NCBI GenBank assembly: GCA_951406725.2
Contig: OX597837.1
Coordinates: forward strand, 47,616,001 to 47,680,000
DNA from: Octopus vulgaris
Taxonomy: Eukaryota
DNA length: 64,000 nt
Direction: 5' to 3'
Below, piece by piece: positions 1 to 14,155 of the stretch. The notes under the pieces were generated by a model. That model was not told the origin of the DNA. It saw only the letters and a list, made by a program, of their open reading frames with translations, and did not search any database. The position numbers were made by a program, and so were the translations under genes. Numbering within the stretch: position 1 is the stretch's first letter; each line of letters opens with the position of its first letter.

Positions 1-1123
1 AGTCGATCTATGACCCAAAGCAATCCAACCGTGACCGACACCTTTTTTATTGTATTTAAACAAGAACTCCATTACCCCTTTCTCTTCTAAGACGGCGAAC
101 TAGCGGAATCGTCAGAGAGCCAGATAAAAGGATCCTTTCATTCTGGTTTCAAATCCCATTGAAGATAAGTTTGTCTTTCACTCTTCCGGAACTGATGAAT
201 ATATCGGTTGATGAACTGGCACAAACTGCAGGGCGTCGGTAAAAGTATCGGTCGTTCTCTTCCGAACTTCAAACCTCGTTGTCCACTACTACCACCTGAG
301 AAATCTATCGCGTGTGCTCGGGTGGCAGACTTACCCCGTTACACAATTTAATAGTACCACCCGCTCCTTGAGTACCATTTACTGACGAGTCCCTGAGATT
401 AAGTCTCCCCTTCTCCCATTCCATCCCACCAGCTTTTCAGCCCCTTTCAAGAATCACGGTTCCTACCGTTCTCTCTTGAAAGGAAAAAAGACGATAGATG
501 AGATTTGAAGGAGATTTGGCTGTTATTTCTCCAGGTTCCCTCACTGGGTCCTTAGGCACGCATATGTGTAGAGGTATGGGGGTGGGGGTGGGGGTAAAAA
601 TGACAACCTAATTAGCTATTTTAATTGAGCCTATCTTATTAACAGATCTTCTGAAGTGTTCCACCGACTTCAAGAGTCCTTTCACTTCCGCTTGTCACAA
701 ACATTCATTTCAATCTATTAGTGGTTGTTGTTGTTGTTGCAGGCGTTGCTGCTGCTGCTGCTGTTGTTGTTGTTGTTGTTGTCACTATTGTTTTGAGCTG
801 TTGTTTAAAACTAGGGCCCAGTCGAATAGTTCTGTGCTCACACAGGTTCCAATCCTGACAATTACGTCTTTGGAGCTTTATAGAACTTCATCATCGAATG
901 TAGAGTGCGATTTAACTGCTATTTCTGAGGAGTGGAACGACTACCAACAGACCTCCTCGTTGTCCAGTTTCGCTAACAGTTCTTTATTGTTGCTCTGTTG
1001 CTGTTGTTGTTGTTGTTGTTGTTGTTGCTGCTGCTGCTGTACCTGCTGCGACCATCGAGTGTCACTACTTAAACACTTGAGACAAATGTTTCTATTTACA
1101 GCTTCCAAGCTGACGCGAATTTC

Positions 1124-1158
<35 letters not shown>

Positions 1159-1290
1159 GTCTACGTCATTGCTGTGCTGAGGCTAATGAAGCCAGGTTCT
1201 TAGAACTTCATACTCGAGGCGTACTTCAAACATGAGTGTATTCTTACATGGAATAAATGGCAGATGTTTAAAGAGAATACATAGTTTGGT

Positions 1291-1595
<305 letters not shown>

Positions 1596-1825
1596 ACACG
1601 TTCTGTTCAGGTTTCGGCTTTTATTATTAACCGTATTAAACTGCCTGTGTTGCGTGATCCCATAAGGTTTCGTGTGGTGACAGAAGAACGCAGATGAAAG
1701 AGGATGTCAAGAATGAGAGAATTGACATTAACTCGGTCTTCCTTTATTCCAGGTTAGACATATATAACAGATGTAACACCAAGTTCAAGCCCGTCTTCTT
1801 TTTCCTCGTTATACACGAGATAAAC

Positions 1826-2180
1826 AAGGTGGCGGAGCTGGCAGAATGGTTAGCACGCCGGGCGAAATGCGTAGCCGTATTTCTTCTGCCGTTACGTTCT
1901 GAGATCAAATTCCGCCGAGGTCGACTTTGCCTTTCATCCTTTCGGGGTCGATAAATTAAGTACCAGTTACGCACTGGGGTCGATGTAATCGACTTAATAC
2001 CTATGTCTGTCCTTGTTTGTCCCCTCTGTGTTTAGCCCCTTGTGGGTAATAAAGAAATACGTATTTCGTCTGCCGTTACGTTCTGAGTTCAAATTCCGCC
2101 GAGGTCGACTTTGCCTTTCATCCTTTCGGGGTTTATAAATTAAGTACCAGTTGCGAACTGGGACCGATCTACTTGACAGG
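1826..2180 (+). mobile_element. tRNA-derived SINE with a partial tandem duplication (other copies near 17575-17760, 24570-24710, 29260-29440 and 39542-39760)
   Basis: A/B-box-like head (gagctggcagaatggttag...gagttcaaattcc) and conserved body ttcatcctttcggggtcgataaattaagtaccag repeated across the window. Confidence 0.8.
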
Positions 2181-3326
2181 CTAAAGCGTTCATTAAAAAA
2201 AAAGTTCTAATTAGTACTTCCTCTCCTGATGACTTAAACCTCAGTTTCCTTGCGAATGAATGAGGGGTCAACTGAGTTTGGCTGTATGTTCTCGTGGCTT
2301 CTGGTTTGTGCGCAATACCAATAATTTTGATGGCAAAGTATTAGTTGAATTGGTCCAATTCAGTCCTTCTCTGATACTTTATTCTATCGACTCCGAAAGA
2401 ATGAATAACTAAAAAGTTGTCTTTGGCAGGATTTGAATTCACAAAGTGTCGGAACTGGAAATACTGCAGAGTATTTTACCAATCCACCGCCTTTCCCGTT
2501 TTAAACATAAAACGGAAGTTGGGAGATGCTTTGCCATTTCGAAGTAACTGGTCAAGAAATCATGATTAGAAATAAAGAATTCAATGTTGAAGATCACGGG
2601 GAATTCTCAAATGAGGATTGGGAACAGCTTCCAAAAAAATCTTGAATGTCGAGGCTATGACCAATTCGAGTAAATTTCTATGGGTAAGAAAGAAAAGCCC
2701 AGCGAACAACGAAACGTTCTAAACATACCCAGTACAGGATTTGATCGTTGTTGACATTTCTAATTATGTCGAACACTTTCTGTCGAGTGCAAGGAAGGGC
2801 AATTAGTTTTCCTCTGTTCGGTTGCTATGGTGAAAAAGATGGTGTTGATGATTAAGAAGGAAGATGACAACATTTACCCTCCCTAGCCAAGCCCTCGTTC
2901 TTTAAGTGCCACTTGAAAGGGAAGCTGAGTATTGAGAGAAAACTGGTCTCCTTCACTAAACTTAGATGAGTCTCATGTGGATGGTTTTACTCGGAATGTT
3001 CGTCGGTAATTTTGTATCAGAAAAGAGGCCCTTATCCCTATAATCTAGGGATTTGTGCTGTTCCTAGTTTACTTCGCGCTTCCCTTTTTGTGGAATATAA
3101 ACATTTCGTATATTTTTAAAATCCTTATCTCATTTGTATAATTTAAAACCTTTTTTCACTTAATTTCAACACACCAACCCCACGACACTGTATTAACCCC
3201 CCACCAATTCGCAACCCTTGTGCCTTTATTTCCAAGTGCGATTTTTGTGTCAAACCCTATTCTTTATGTAGCTGGCTTTTGTAATAAACCCATCGTTCAA
3301 CGCTCCTCTCACAAATCAAAGAAATC

Positions 3327-3386
<60 letters not shown>

Positions 3387-3544
3387 GGTGGTGGTGGTGG
3401 TGGTGGTGGTGTCATCACCACCGAAAACGTGATCTTTGTATTCACTTCTGCCACATTTAATCCTAAGTAGGATGAATATAAACAGCGATTTTCTCTGCCT
3501 CTCTTACTCTTTTACACCCCCTCTCTCTCTCTCTCTCTCTCTCT

Positions 3545-3588
<44 letters not shown>

Positions 3589-5179
3589 GTACTAAAATAC
3601 GATGAACCACAGTAAGTAAAAATATCAACATTCTCAAAAAGAAATTTAAGGCGAAATAGCTTTGGGAGAAATATCAAATTTTTTAAGAAAGATTGTTTGT
3701 TGTTCAGAGATGTGAACTGGTCAGTGAGCCTTGCGGTCATTCATATCATGATGATGATGTTTGTACATATATATATTCATAATTTAAGTAGTAAATTAAT
3801 GACCAAGGGTACTCAAGAGGCGAAGTATAAAAAGAAGCTAGGTCAGATGGCAATTAAAGATATTTGGCTTTTTTGAGGTCTGCAAAAATTCTTCGTTTAT
3901 AAAATGTGTGGGGAGATGTTTGTCCTTGTTTTCTTTATTTTTGTGGGTGGGTTTGAAACTCTTTCGACCATATCCTGTTAAACAGGACCATCACCACCAT
4001 CACCACACTATCACCAATTCCATGGAGGATCTTAAGCAGAACCCATTCTCTGGCAAGTGTTCGGAGTAGGGACGATAAGAGGTGGGAGGGGTCAACCAGA
4101 ATATCGTTTTGGTATCTGGAGAACCACAAAAGGATTTGTGAAGATCTGGTGGAAACCCTCCTTCTCTTTCACCACAGAGAAACTCAAATACCTTTTGAAT
4201 TGTCAAAGCCTCCACCATTCTAAAAAAAAGTTCTACTTCTACCATTCCAAGATTTCTCTTGGAAGCTCTGGTTCAGAACATGTCATTGCTTTCAGGGCAA
4301 CTTCCTCACTTAATTCCAGTAGTCACACAAATTCCGAAAACGATCAGCAGACTTGGTCTTGCACCTCTAATTTAGCGATACGTAAAACATCCACCTGAAC
4401 CCGTTCCTGTTCTTCTCATACAAAACCGTTCGTTTTAAAGTTGGTTTTTAAATATTTCAACTCAGATTTTCTCCAAAATTCTTCGGAGAAACCATTTGTT
4501 CAATCCCAAGAAACCAGCTGAGTAAAGACAGACTGACTTTAGTGAACCTCTTTCTTACTTTGTTTAGCCATTGGGCGGCTGCATGAAGGCCACGAGGCCT
4601 AGTGGTCAGGGATGGAAGGCTTACGATCATAGGGCCACAGGTTCAATTCGTGAACTGTTCAGCAAGACCAATTCCTAATTTCTGTTTACCATATTTGGTG
4701 GCTGAAGGAAGGGGTGTAATACCTAGTAGTGTTTATGGACATCCTTTAACGCGCTTAATTCATCCTTCAAGCCAACCACCAGAGATCGAAACAATGACCC
4801 AGTATTCAGCATAGCCACGCTTTATGAGTGATGCCAATAACAGAGTAGAATACATCACAAATACAGAGTGACGAAGTGCAAGTGTCTCAGTGTTCTGCCG
4901 ACAATTCTTGACGTAATTCTGGAAGCAGAATCGGCGTAGTTTGAAGACGCTTGATTATGGATGGCATTCCACCCGACCTTTTAAACAGGTTCCGTCTATC
5001 GAATTTCCTTCACAAGAATTGAAGCTACCCGAGGACTTGGTAGAAGGTGCCGTGAAGTGCGACTGAACGCGGAACACCATCAATACGAAGACAGCTTTTA
5101 AGCACATACATACATACATACATACATACATACATACATACATACATACATACATACATACATACATGCGTACGCGCGT

Positions 5180-5725
5180 GCGCCGAAACAATTATCATGC
5201 TTCAAACAGTTTACAAGGACGCTGCCACGAGCAAAACACAAGTTTACGAGTGGTTCCCACCCTTTAGGAATGGTCAGTTTTTGCATGACGACCAGCCTCG
5301 TTCGGGACGGCCGTCGACCTCCCGAACAAATGAAAACATCACGAAAATTCATGAACTGATCTTGAAGTAGCGTCGTCGAATAATTGACGAACCTGTTGAT
5401 ATGACTGGTGTGTGTCTTGGAGATCCTTCCAACGAATTTTGAGCGAAGAATTGCGAATGAAAAAAGTTGCAGCAAAATTTGTTCCTCGCTTGTTTACGGA
5501 AGATCAAAGGCAGTCACGACTGAATTTTTGAACAGAAAGAATAGCTGGAAATTGATCCGAACCTTTTTAGAGGGTCATCACTGGTAATCAAAGCTGTTGC
5601 TATGGCTACGACCCGGAAACAAAGCAGCAATCAAGTCAATGAAAGCATTCAGTATCACAACGCCCCCCCCCCCCCGCGCAAAAAGAGCGTCAAGTGAAGT
5701 CCAGTGTCAAGACGATGCTGATTTA
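5180..5725 (+). mobile_element. Degenerate mariner transposase
   Basis: Pieces read ETIIMLQTVYKDAATSKTQVYEWF, DDQPRSGRPSTS, LRMKKVAAKFVPRL, RVITG..SCCYGYDPETKQQSSQ and KSSVKTMLI, with frameshifts and stops. Confidence 0.85.
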
Positions 5726-6811
5726 TTTCATCGATCAGATGAAAAATGTTCGGATCAATTTCCAGCTATTCTTTCGGTTCACGCATTCAGTCGTGAGTGG
5801 TTTTGATCTGCCGTGCAGCTCTTGGTGGTCCAAATCGGATAGGCGATATATGTGGATGTCTTTTAAAAAGCCACATCAGATGCCATGATGGTTCTAAAGT
5901 GTAGGTACAGGAGGTGGTCAAACTCTGCATAAAGATTAGACAACCACCATGTATGTATGTATATATATATATATATATATTCTTTTACTCTTTTGTTTCA
6001 GTCATTTGACTGCAGCCATGCTGGAGCACCCCCTTTAGTCGAACAGATCGACCCCAGGACGTATGCTTTGTGAGCCTAGTATTTATTCTATCTGTCTCTT
6101 TTTGCCGAATGGCTAAGTGATGGGGACATAACCATACCAACATCGGTTGTCAAGTGACGGTGGAGGGACAAACACAGACACAAATAATAAATACATACAT
6201 ATGTCGTAGAAAAGGTGTATCAGAATGTGTTGGGGGTAAACAGAGGTGATTTGCACGTGGATGCCTTCGAAGTAAGTAATGGAATGACATCGATTTATAG
6301 TTTAAATAATTAATTTATTGGACTTGCATTTGCTGTTGGTAAACACAATATTTCACTACATTAATTTGTTGTCAAGTGCTACGAGTTGAGAGGAATAAAA
6401 ACAGGGTACATCTGTGGATATGATGTGGTAGAACTGAATATGTTTGGTGTCTGTGTGTGCGTCGTTCATCTGAGAAAATACTGGTCGGCTATCTCGTGCG
6501 CTCTATCTTCGTCCCAGGTCCTTTCTGTCTTTGCTGACTGCTGTATTTATAATCAGCCGTGGCAGCTAGAAGGACAGACATACTGCAAAAGAGATTGTGT
6601 CCAAATAGGGCAGCTCCTGTCCATTTGAACTTCACCTGATATGGCTGAGGTCGTAGGTCAAAAGGAGACCATTTATCATTTTTTTGACAGGACAAAGAAA
6701 ATTTGATTCGTGCCTGTTTGGTCAGTGGTGGCTCAGAGCAGCGAGAATCCTTAGATTCGGTTTCGAATCTAAGCTTGGAGAAAGGAAGTGCTACTTTTTA
6801 CACACACACAC

Positions 6812-6855
<44 letters not shown>

Positions 6856-6904
6856 CGTCATATGTAAACAAACATTAGTTTGTTTTTGAAGCGTTGAAAT
6901 GTAT

Positions 6905-7160
6905 TGTAGAACAAGTAGAAAAATATATTTTCCAACGCGTAAATACTGATAGAACAGCATTTTTAGGATAAAATCCTGTTTAGAGCAGAAGAATTTGTCA
7001 GCAGCTGAGGAACGAACACACACACCTCTGATTTCCGGTCAGAGGCTCTCGGGTTTGGTTGCTGACAAATCTTCTCTGCTCTAAAATGGACTTTATCCTG
7101 TATATGCTTGCTGTTCTATCAGTATTTATGCGTTGAAAAATATATCTTTCTACTTGTTAT
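6905..7160. mobile_element. Foldback/MITE with about 100-bp imperfect arms and an internal hairpin
   Basis: aacaagtagaaaaatatattttccaacgcgtaaatactgatagaacagca... mirrored by ...tgctgttctatcagtatttatgcgttgaaaaatatatctttctacttgtt; central cctctga-tttccgg-tcagagg. Confidence 0.65.
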
Positions 7161-7784
7161 ATATACATATATAAACGACGGGCTTCTTTCAGTTTCTGTC
7201 AACCAAATCTACTCACAAGGCTATAGTAGAAGACACTTTCCCAAGGTGCTATGCAGTGGGACTGAACCCGGAACTATCTGGTTTTGAAGCAAGCTTCTTA
7301 CCACACAGCCACCCCTGCGCTGAGAGAGAGGGGGGAGGCATTCATGTATGTAGAGTCAGTCTATAACACACACACACATCCCTTTCTTCCTTATCATGAC
7401 CCCACATAACCTTACAGCCCCAACAATAACACTGACGTGTGGGGTTAGGGATTTCGCCTCTTATCAATATGTATACTGTAAAGCTCAATTGTTAACCAGC
7501 TATCTCCCCTAATCCCACTCTTTACCTTCCTTATCCTCCTCTCCTTTTAATGATAATGGTGTCTCTTCTTGTACCGAAAGACATGGATTGTAGGGAGGTT
7601 GTTTAGAGAAGAACAGGCGGTTGTCGGAGTGGGAAGTGTCTGGCGAAAGAAGGCGAGATGATACGGCACTTCCCTTTGTGTGTATGCCTGGTGAGCATAC
7701 ACATACATGTGTATGAGTGTCTAATCATACATGTGTGTATGCGCGCATATGCACACTGATATATATACATAAACACACAGTGAG

Positions 7785-7832
<48 letters not shown>

Positions 7833-8302
7833 GTTGAACAACAGGTGTCTCCACCTCCGATGTTAATCTCTACGTTCGTCTGTGAGACGCCTCTGACGCA
7901 GACGACCTCCCACCCTTTTATCTTTCTCTTACTTCCTTCCTCTTCCTCTTCCTACCCACTTCATTCGCCTCCTTTAAACACACACACACCCACATTCATG
8001 TATTGTGCCATTGCTTCGTATGACGTCAAAGTCTTATTTACAATCCAAAGAGAGGATGGCTGCTTCAAATGCCATAAGAAGCAGCCAAAAACTCCCTCAA
8101 ATCTCAAATCACATCCTAAAGTCTTTTGACAAAATAGGTTTATTAGACTGTAAACTCTTATACATACTCATTACGTATGAATACAAAACGGGTTAGTAAT
8201 GGCTAGAGCGCTTCTGAACATAAATTTTGTTGACCAGGGCTCGAACCTGCGTCTAAAGAAGTAACACCAACAAAAATATACACACACACAAATTGTGTGT
8301 GC

Positions 8303-8399
<97 letters not shown>

Positions 8400-8503
8400 C
8401 GTGTATGTATGTATGTATGTATTTATGTAATATTTTACTATAAAATTGGATTTAACCCTAAATCTGATTTTTCCCTGTAATTTTGGATTCATTCCCTAAT
8501 ATT

Positions 8504-8555
<52 letters not shown>

Positions 8556-8632
8556 TTATTCAAAGCAGCAGAAAATTCAACAAAACCTGTTACTCTGAGT
8601 TTCCCGTTGCCGTTCGTCGGACAGTTTTTGCT

Positions 8633-8679
<47 letters not shown>

Positions 8680-8727
8680 CTACCCACAAGTATATATATA
8701 CGGGTGTGTGTGATTGTGTATAGAAGA

Positions 8728-9128
8728 ATATATTAATAAAAGGAATTCCAACCTTGTCTGATTTTCACGTTTTATTTACAATCTTATAATGATATAAGAT
8801 AATATAATAAAATAAAATAAAATAAAATAATAGAATGTTAAATGTTCATTCTGATTGAACTAGTACTTTCATGCATTTAATTCTGCAATCTTCAGGTTCA
8901 TGTAGTAGTGGTGACAGTCAAAAATTGTGAAGCATGACTGTCACCACTACTACATGAACCTGAAGATTGCAGAATTCAATGCATGAAAGTACTAGTTCAA
9001 TCAGAATGAACATTTAACATTCTATTATTTTATTTTATTTTATTTTATTATATTATCTTATGATATATCATTATAAGATTGTAAATAAAACGTGAAAATC
9101 AGACAAGGTTGGAATTCCTTTTATTAAT

Positions 9129-9132
<4 letters not shown>
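8728..9132. repeat. Near-perfect inverted repeat, about 195-bp arms, 14-bp spacer
   Basis: 8728-8920 is the reverse complement of 8935-9132 apart from about one substitution and a small indel. Confidence 0.93.
8955..8999 (+). ncRNA. Minimal type I hammerhead ribozyme (mirror copy at 8856-8900, - strand)
   Basis: TGAAC-CTGAAGA-T-TGCA...TGCA-T-GAAA-GTAC-TA-GTTCA; palindromic stem III. Confidence 0.65.
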
Positions 9133-9159
<27 letters not shown>

Positions 9160-9496
9160 GTGTATGTGTGTGTGTGCATGTATGTATATACGTAAGTATG
9201 TATATAAAACATATATAATATACATATAACATGTATAATATATATATAATATGGAGCAAGAGAGGGCAGTAAAGCTGAAGGCCAGATGAAGAGGATGAGC
9301 AGTGATTTGGCCACCTGAGCTGACCCCCAACGGGAGGATGTTTTACGGTTCAGGGTCAAAACCTCCGATAATCGTTGGATATCGGCTGACATGAATTCCA
9401 CCTGATCAAAGCTCTATTCATTTTGGCGAGTGGAAGAAAAAGGAAGTTCTTCTCGGTGTCATTAATAACATAATACATTGTGGATATATATATATC

Positions 9497-10056
9497 AGGC
9501 GTAGGTGTGGCTGTGTGGTAAGAAGCTTGCTTCCCAACTACATGGTTCTGGGTTCAGTCCCACTATTTGAAACCTTGGGCAAGTGTCTTCTACTGTAGCC
9601 AAGGGCTGACCAAAGCATGGCTGCAGTCAAATGGCTGAAACAAGTAAAAGAATAATAAAAAGGCGCACGAGTGGCTGCATGGTAAGAAACTTGCTTACCA
9701 ACCACATGGTTCCGAGTTCAGTCCCACTGCGCGGTGCTTTGAGCAACAAGTGTTTTCCTCGGGCCGATCAAAGCCATATGAGTGGATTTGGTTGAGGGAA
9801 ACTGAAAGAAGCCCGTTTATATATATATTTATGTGTGTGTTTGTCTTTGTGTCTGTGTTTGCACCCCCCCCCCCCCCCCCCAACTATGATTGACAGCTGA
9901 TGTTGGTCCGCTTACGCCCCCGTAATTTAGGAGTTCGGCCAAAGTGACTGATAGAATAAATACTAGGCTTACAAAGAATAAGTCCTGGGGTCGATTGTTC
10001 AGCTAAAGGTGATGCTCCAGCACGGCCGCACTCAAATGACTGAAACAAGTAAAAGA
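9497..10056 (+). mobile_element. Cluster of a second tRNA-derived SINE family (other copies near 5985-6190, 7175-7320, 27650-27750, 50580-50780, 59720-59900 and 60630-60785)
   Basis: Head ggcgcaggagtggctgtgtggtaag...ggttcagtcccactgc and 3' half ...atgactgaaacaagtaaaaga recur many times in both orientations. Confidence 0.8.
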
Positions 10057-10446
10057 ATATATATATATATTTTTTTTTTAAAAATATATATATATACCTG
10101 CATACACACACATATATATAGTAGGGTTAAATGAAATAATAATAAAAAATATTGGCATAATATTTTCCCTACGAAAAATATGTTGGATATAGAATTATTC
10201 TATGTTGCCATTATTCTTTAGTACCATTATTTTTGCTACCATTAGTCTATGGTGCCAATTTTGATCGTTACCATTATTCTTCTGTAGCATTATTTTTTGG
10301 CAAGGAAACTCTTCGTGTTTTTGAAATAATTCAATTTCATCTGTGAAAGCAAATACTCGCCCATTCACAACTGGTTCCATTTGTAGAAGAATCTGTCTCT
10401 GTGTGTATGTATATCAATATATGTGAGTGAGTGTGTACGTCTATGT

Positions 10447-10505
<59 letters not shown>

Positions 10506-10554
10506 CAAACACACATGTACACATACATATATGAATGCATTCACGTGTATTAAT

Positions 10555-10630
10555 ATGAATTTCATTCTCAATAGCCTTTCGCTCTTCCTGTTATCGATCA
10601 AGTGTTGTCGATGGCGTCGGTGTTGTTCCT
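10555..10630 (+). CDS. Candidate first coding exon (signal-peptide-like MNFILNSLSLFLLSIKCCRWRRCCS)
   Basis: ATG at 10555, a hydrophobic stretch, and a CCT|GTAAGC donor in phase 1 that matches the phase-1 acceptor at 14472. No independent support. Confidence 0.3.
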
Positions 10631-10835
10631 GTAAGCAAAAAAAAAGAAACAATGTCTAGACTGCTGGTTCCTTAAATATTTCCTCAGCGCCAACATTGTC
10701 CAATGTCTTCAGACCCCCAAAATAGAGGCGGTTTTATCCCTTTAAAGCAACCACCACTTATCATCATAGTCCTCCATCTTCTGTGTGTAATGTGTATATA
10801 ATTCTACACAGTTCGCATATAGATACAAACATTCG

Positions 10836-10888
<53 letters not shown>

Positions 10889-11013
10889 TAAGTTTGGTGG
10901 GTGGGGCTGAGTCTGTCGGACAGACAGTCATGTGTACGCTTTGTGACATCAGATGCTCAAGGTCAGCTAGTTTTCTTTTCTTTTCCAAACATATGCACAC
11001 ACACACACACACG

Positions 11014-11044
<31 letters not shown>

Positions 11045-11219
11045 GCACACACACACAAATATTGTATTTCTATTCCTGTGGTGTTTATGTATGTATACGA
11101 TGTATGAATGATTTGATGGGGAAAGAATAAGGCCGTTTGTTGATCTTCCAATGTATGTGTGTATATGTGTATGGATGTAAGTATGTCTATCTATCTATCT
11201 ATACATATGTATATAAATA

Positions 11220-11263
<44 letters not shown>

Positions 11264-11601
11264 TACATACATACATACATGCATACATACATATACATAT
11301 ATATACATATATACATATATACGTATATACATATACGTATACATATATATCTATATATATGCATATACATATACGTATGCGTGCACGAACACACACACAC
11401 ATACACACACACTTCTGGAATTGGTATATGATACGACCCGAATGAAAGAAGGGAGTGGGGGGCGATGGTTGGGGGATGTCTTGAGGTGCCGAAATCTTGG
11501 CGATCACCAGTCGACTTCTGATAAAATAGTTTGTCATAGAATATAAACTGTATGTGTGTGTTCGTGCGTGTGAATGTGTGCGTGTGTGTATTATGCAAGT
11601 A

Positions 11602-11690
<89 letters not shown>

Positions 11691-11716
11691 TCATGTGTGT
11701 CTTTAATATACATATA

Positions 11717-11931
11717 CAGTAGCCCTTGGCTATCGCGGACGTTACGTTCCAAAACACACCGCGATATGTGAACATCCGCGAAGTAGAAACAGTACTGTAC
11801 TTTTTTTTACGATTTTTATAATTTGTATATATTAATTTTATTATTAATGTAAAACAACACCACGGAGGAATGGACATACGCTTAAATAATAAACCGCGAT
11901 AGGTGAACAGCGATATGGCGAGGGATTACTA
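11717..11931. mobile_element. pogo/Tigger-like MITE
   Basis: CAGTAGCCCTTGGCTATCGCG...CGATATGGCGAGGGATTACT termini with TA flanks. Confidence 0.7.
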
Positions 11932-12123
11932 TATATATATATATATATATATACCTTCGAAACACGCATTGAGTCGAACCAGGGGCAGCTGATGAAGGAG
12001 AATTTTCCTTGTATTGTTTGACCTGTACTCTATTTTTTCGTTGTTAAAAAAAGTCCGTTTCCTTGTTTGATTTTATGTTTTTCGTTTCTCGCTGTGTTCT
12101 ACGTTTATTTGTGGTGTCCTGTA

Positions 12124-12184
<61 letters not shown>

Positions 12185-13149
12185 TATTGTGTCTAGGGAG
12201 AGTCATTTTCTTTTTGTGCCTTATAATGTAACACACTCACCGGTCAAATTTCCACTTATTTCTTATTTTTATTTTCCTAAAATGTTCGTTGCGTCTTGCA
12301 ACCTTGTCAATAGTCGTGCCTGCCTACGGACAAGTCTGGCAGACTGTCAATGGACAGCCCACAGAACTATGTCCAGACCATGCAACAACACATGAGTAGC
12401 ATGAGAGAAGTTACACCACAAGAACATGAAAGAGTGGAAAAACTCCTCAATGCACACTCAATGGGAATGTGGGGCAACATACTCCAACCTATAAACAGGA
12501 CGGCACACAATTTCCATACTTAAAAAAGAGAGAGTCAAGACTATTGAAAAGGTTGCAAGACGCAACGAAAAATTTAGGACAATAAAAATAAGAAATAAGT
12601 GGAAATTTTACCGGTGAGTGTGTTAAATTATAAGGCACTAAAAGAGAAGGACTCTCCCCAGACATATATATATATATATATATATAAAACAATACTGGGA
12701 GAATAAGAAACGGAACGAAGCGAACGAATCGAAGCGAACCCGACGCGAGGGCGCTGTCAAACAATAGTGTAATAAATAAAATATATGCATACATACAAAC
12801 ATATATGTACGTACCTACATCTACATGTATGTATACATGCATATATAAATATATATACACGTGAGTACAGGACACCACAACTGGACGTAGAACTCAATGA
12901 GAAACGAAAAACGAAAACGGAAAAACCATTTTTTTACAACAGAAAAACAGAGACGTAGAACTCAACGAGAAACGAAAACGGAAAAACCATTTTTTTACAA
13001 CAGAAAAAACAGAGTACAGGACATACTACACAAGGAAAAATCCCCTATCATCAGCTGTCACTAGTTCGGCTCCAGCGTGTTTCGAAGGCAAGACAGGACA
13101 CGACTCGCCAAACTAATCCTTCCTGCGAGAGAATTAAAATAAAATTGCC

Positions 13150-14103
13150 TTTTGGCTTCTGGCTCCACCGCTCCTCAGTTTGTTTCAGCCGGGTTTTTTG
13201 TTTGTTTGTTTTTTTTTGCAGTCTGTTTGATCCGTTCTGCTTGTGTGGTGGCAGTGGTTTCAAGTTCTTCATCTAATTCAGAATTAATGCCGAGTTCCCT
13301 TGAGAATTTGCAAGCTTTAGAAAGTGATTTTTTGCTGCTTTCGTATTTGCACGCAAACCGCAGCATCCAATCCTCTGTACTAGATAAGTACTTGTTCATT
13401 GCTATTGTGGAGGTCCTATAGTACAGTTCTACGTGCATCCTTCCTATTCCCCCATTACGTCTAGGTAGGTACAGATGATCAACATCTGCTTTTGGGTGCT
13501 GCATGTCTTTAGATGTTAGTAGTTTTCTTGTCTTCCTGTCCAGGTGTTGGAGTTATGTAAGATTCCAGTTAATGATGTTAAAACTATATTTGACTACTGG
13601 AAATGCCAGGGTGTTAATGGCTTCGATGCGATTTTTGGAGTTGAGTTCAGTTTTTAGTATGAGTCTTATTCTCCTGTAATACTCCTTTCTTATTTTTTCC
13701 TTCATAGTGGCATGTTGTATACCATCTCCTTCCTTTGTCCCCGGGTATTTATAGTAATTCTTACAAAGTAGCACGGCCAAGTGGAATACACGTATCGTTA
13801 TACGCTATAGTAATGGGATGAGCCAATCTAACAACACAACATCAAACGAGGCATCTTTCAAGGTGACTCCCTCTCCCCATTACTTTTTTGCATAACACTG
13901 ATCTCACTCTCAGCGAATTGAGTAATACCAGGTGTGGTATCAAAAAGTATATTATATGGACGATCTGAAGCTGTTTGTTAGAAATGAAAAAAAGTTAGTA
14001 GAGCTGTTAACAACTGTTAAATATTTCAGCAATGACATCCGGGTGGATTTTGGCCTTGATATGTGTGACAAAGCAACTTTTGTAAGAGGCAAACTCAGGC
14101 AAA

Positions 14104-14104
<1 letters not shown>
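13150..14104. mobile_element. R4/Dong-like non-LTR retrotransposon RT remnant with an internal inversion
   Basis: + strand 13780-14100 reads IKRGIFQGDSLSPLLFC...YMDDLKLF...FGLDMC. - strand 13760-13150 reads YKY..., ELNSKNRIEAINTLAFPV..YSF and HPKADVDHLYLPRRNGG, typical of R4-clade RT. Confidence 0.75.

Positions 14105-14155
<51 letters not shown>

Noticed and set aside
1826-1915. tRNA genes (also near 8205-8262, 9497, 15325 and 28105)
   Set aside because: They have A/B-box-like heads but no complete cloverleaf, and most continue into SINE bodies.
3935-4420. ORFs at 4000-4398 as host exons
   Set aside because: No splice-compatible frame or recognisable domain; more likely a decayed LINE remnant.
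6202-6802. Solo LTR (TG...CA)
   Set aside because: No clear TSD, PBS/PPT or second copy in the window.
11955-12000. Permuted hammerhead (GAAAC...CTGATGA)
   Set aside because: Stems I and III cannot be paired convincingly.
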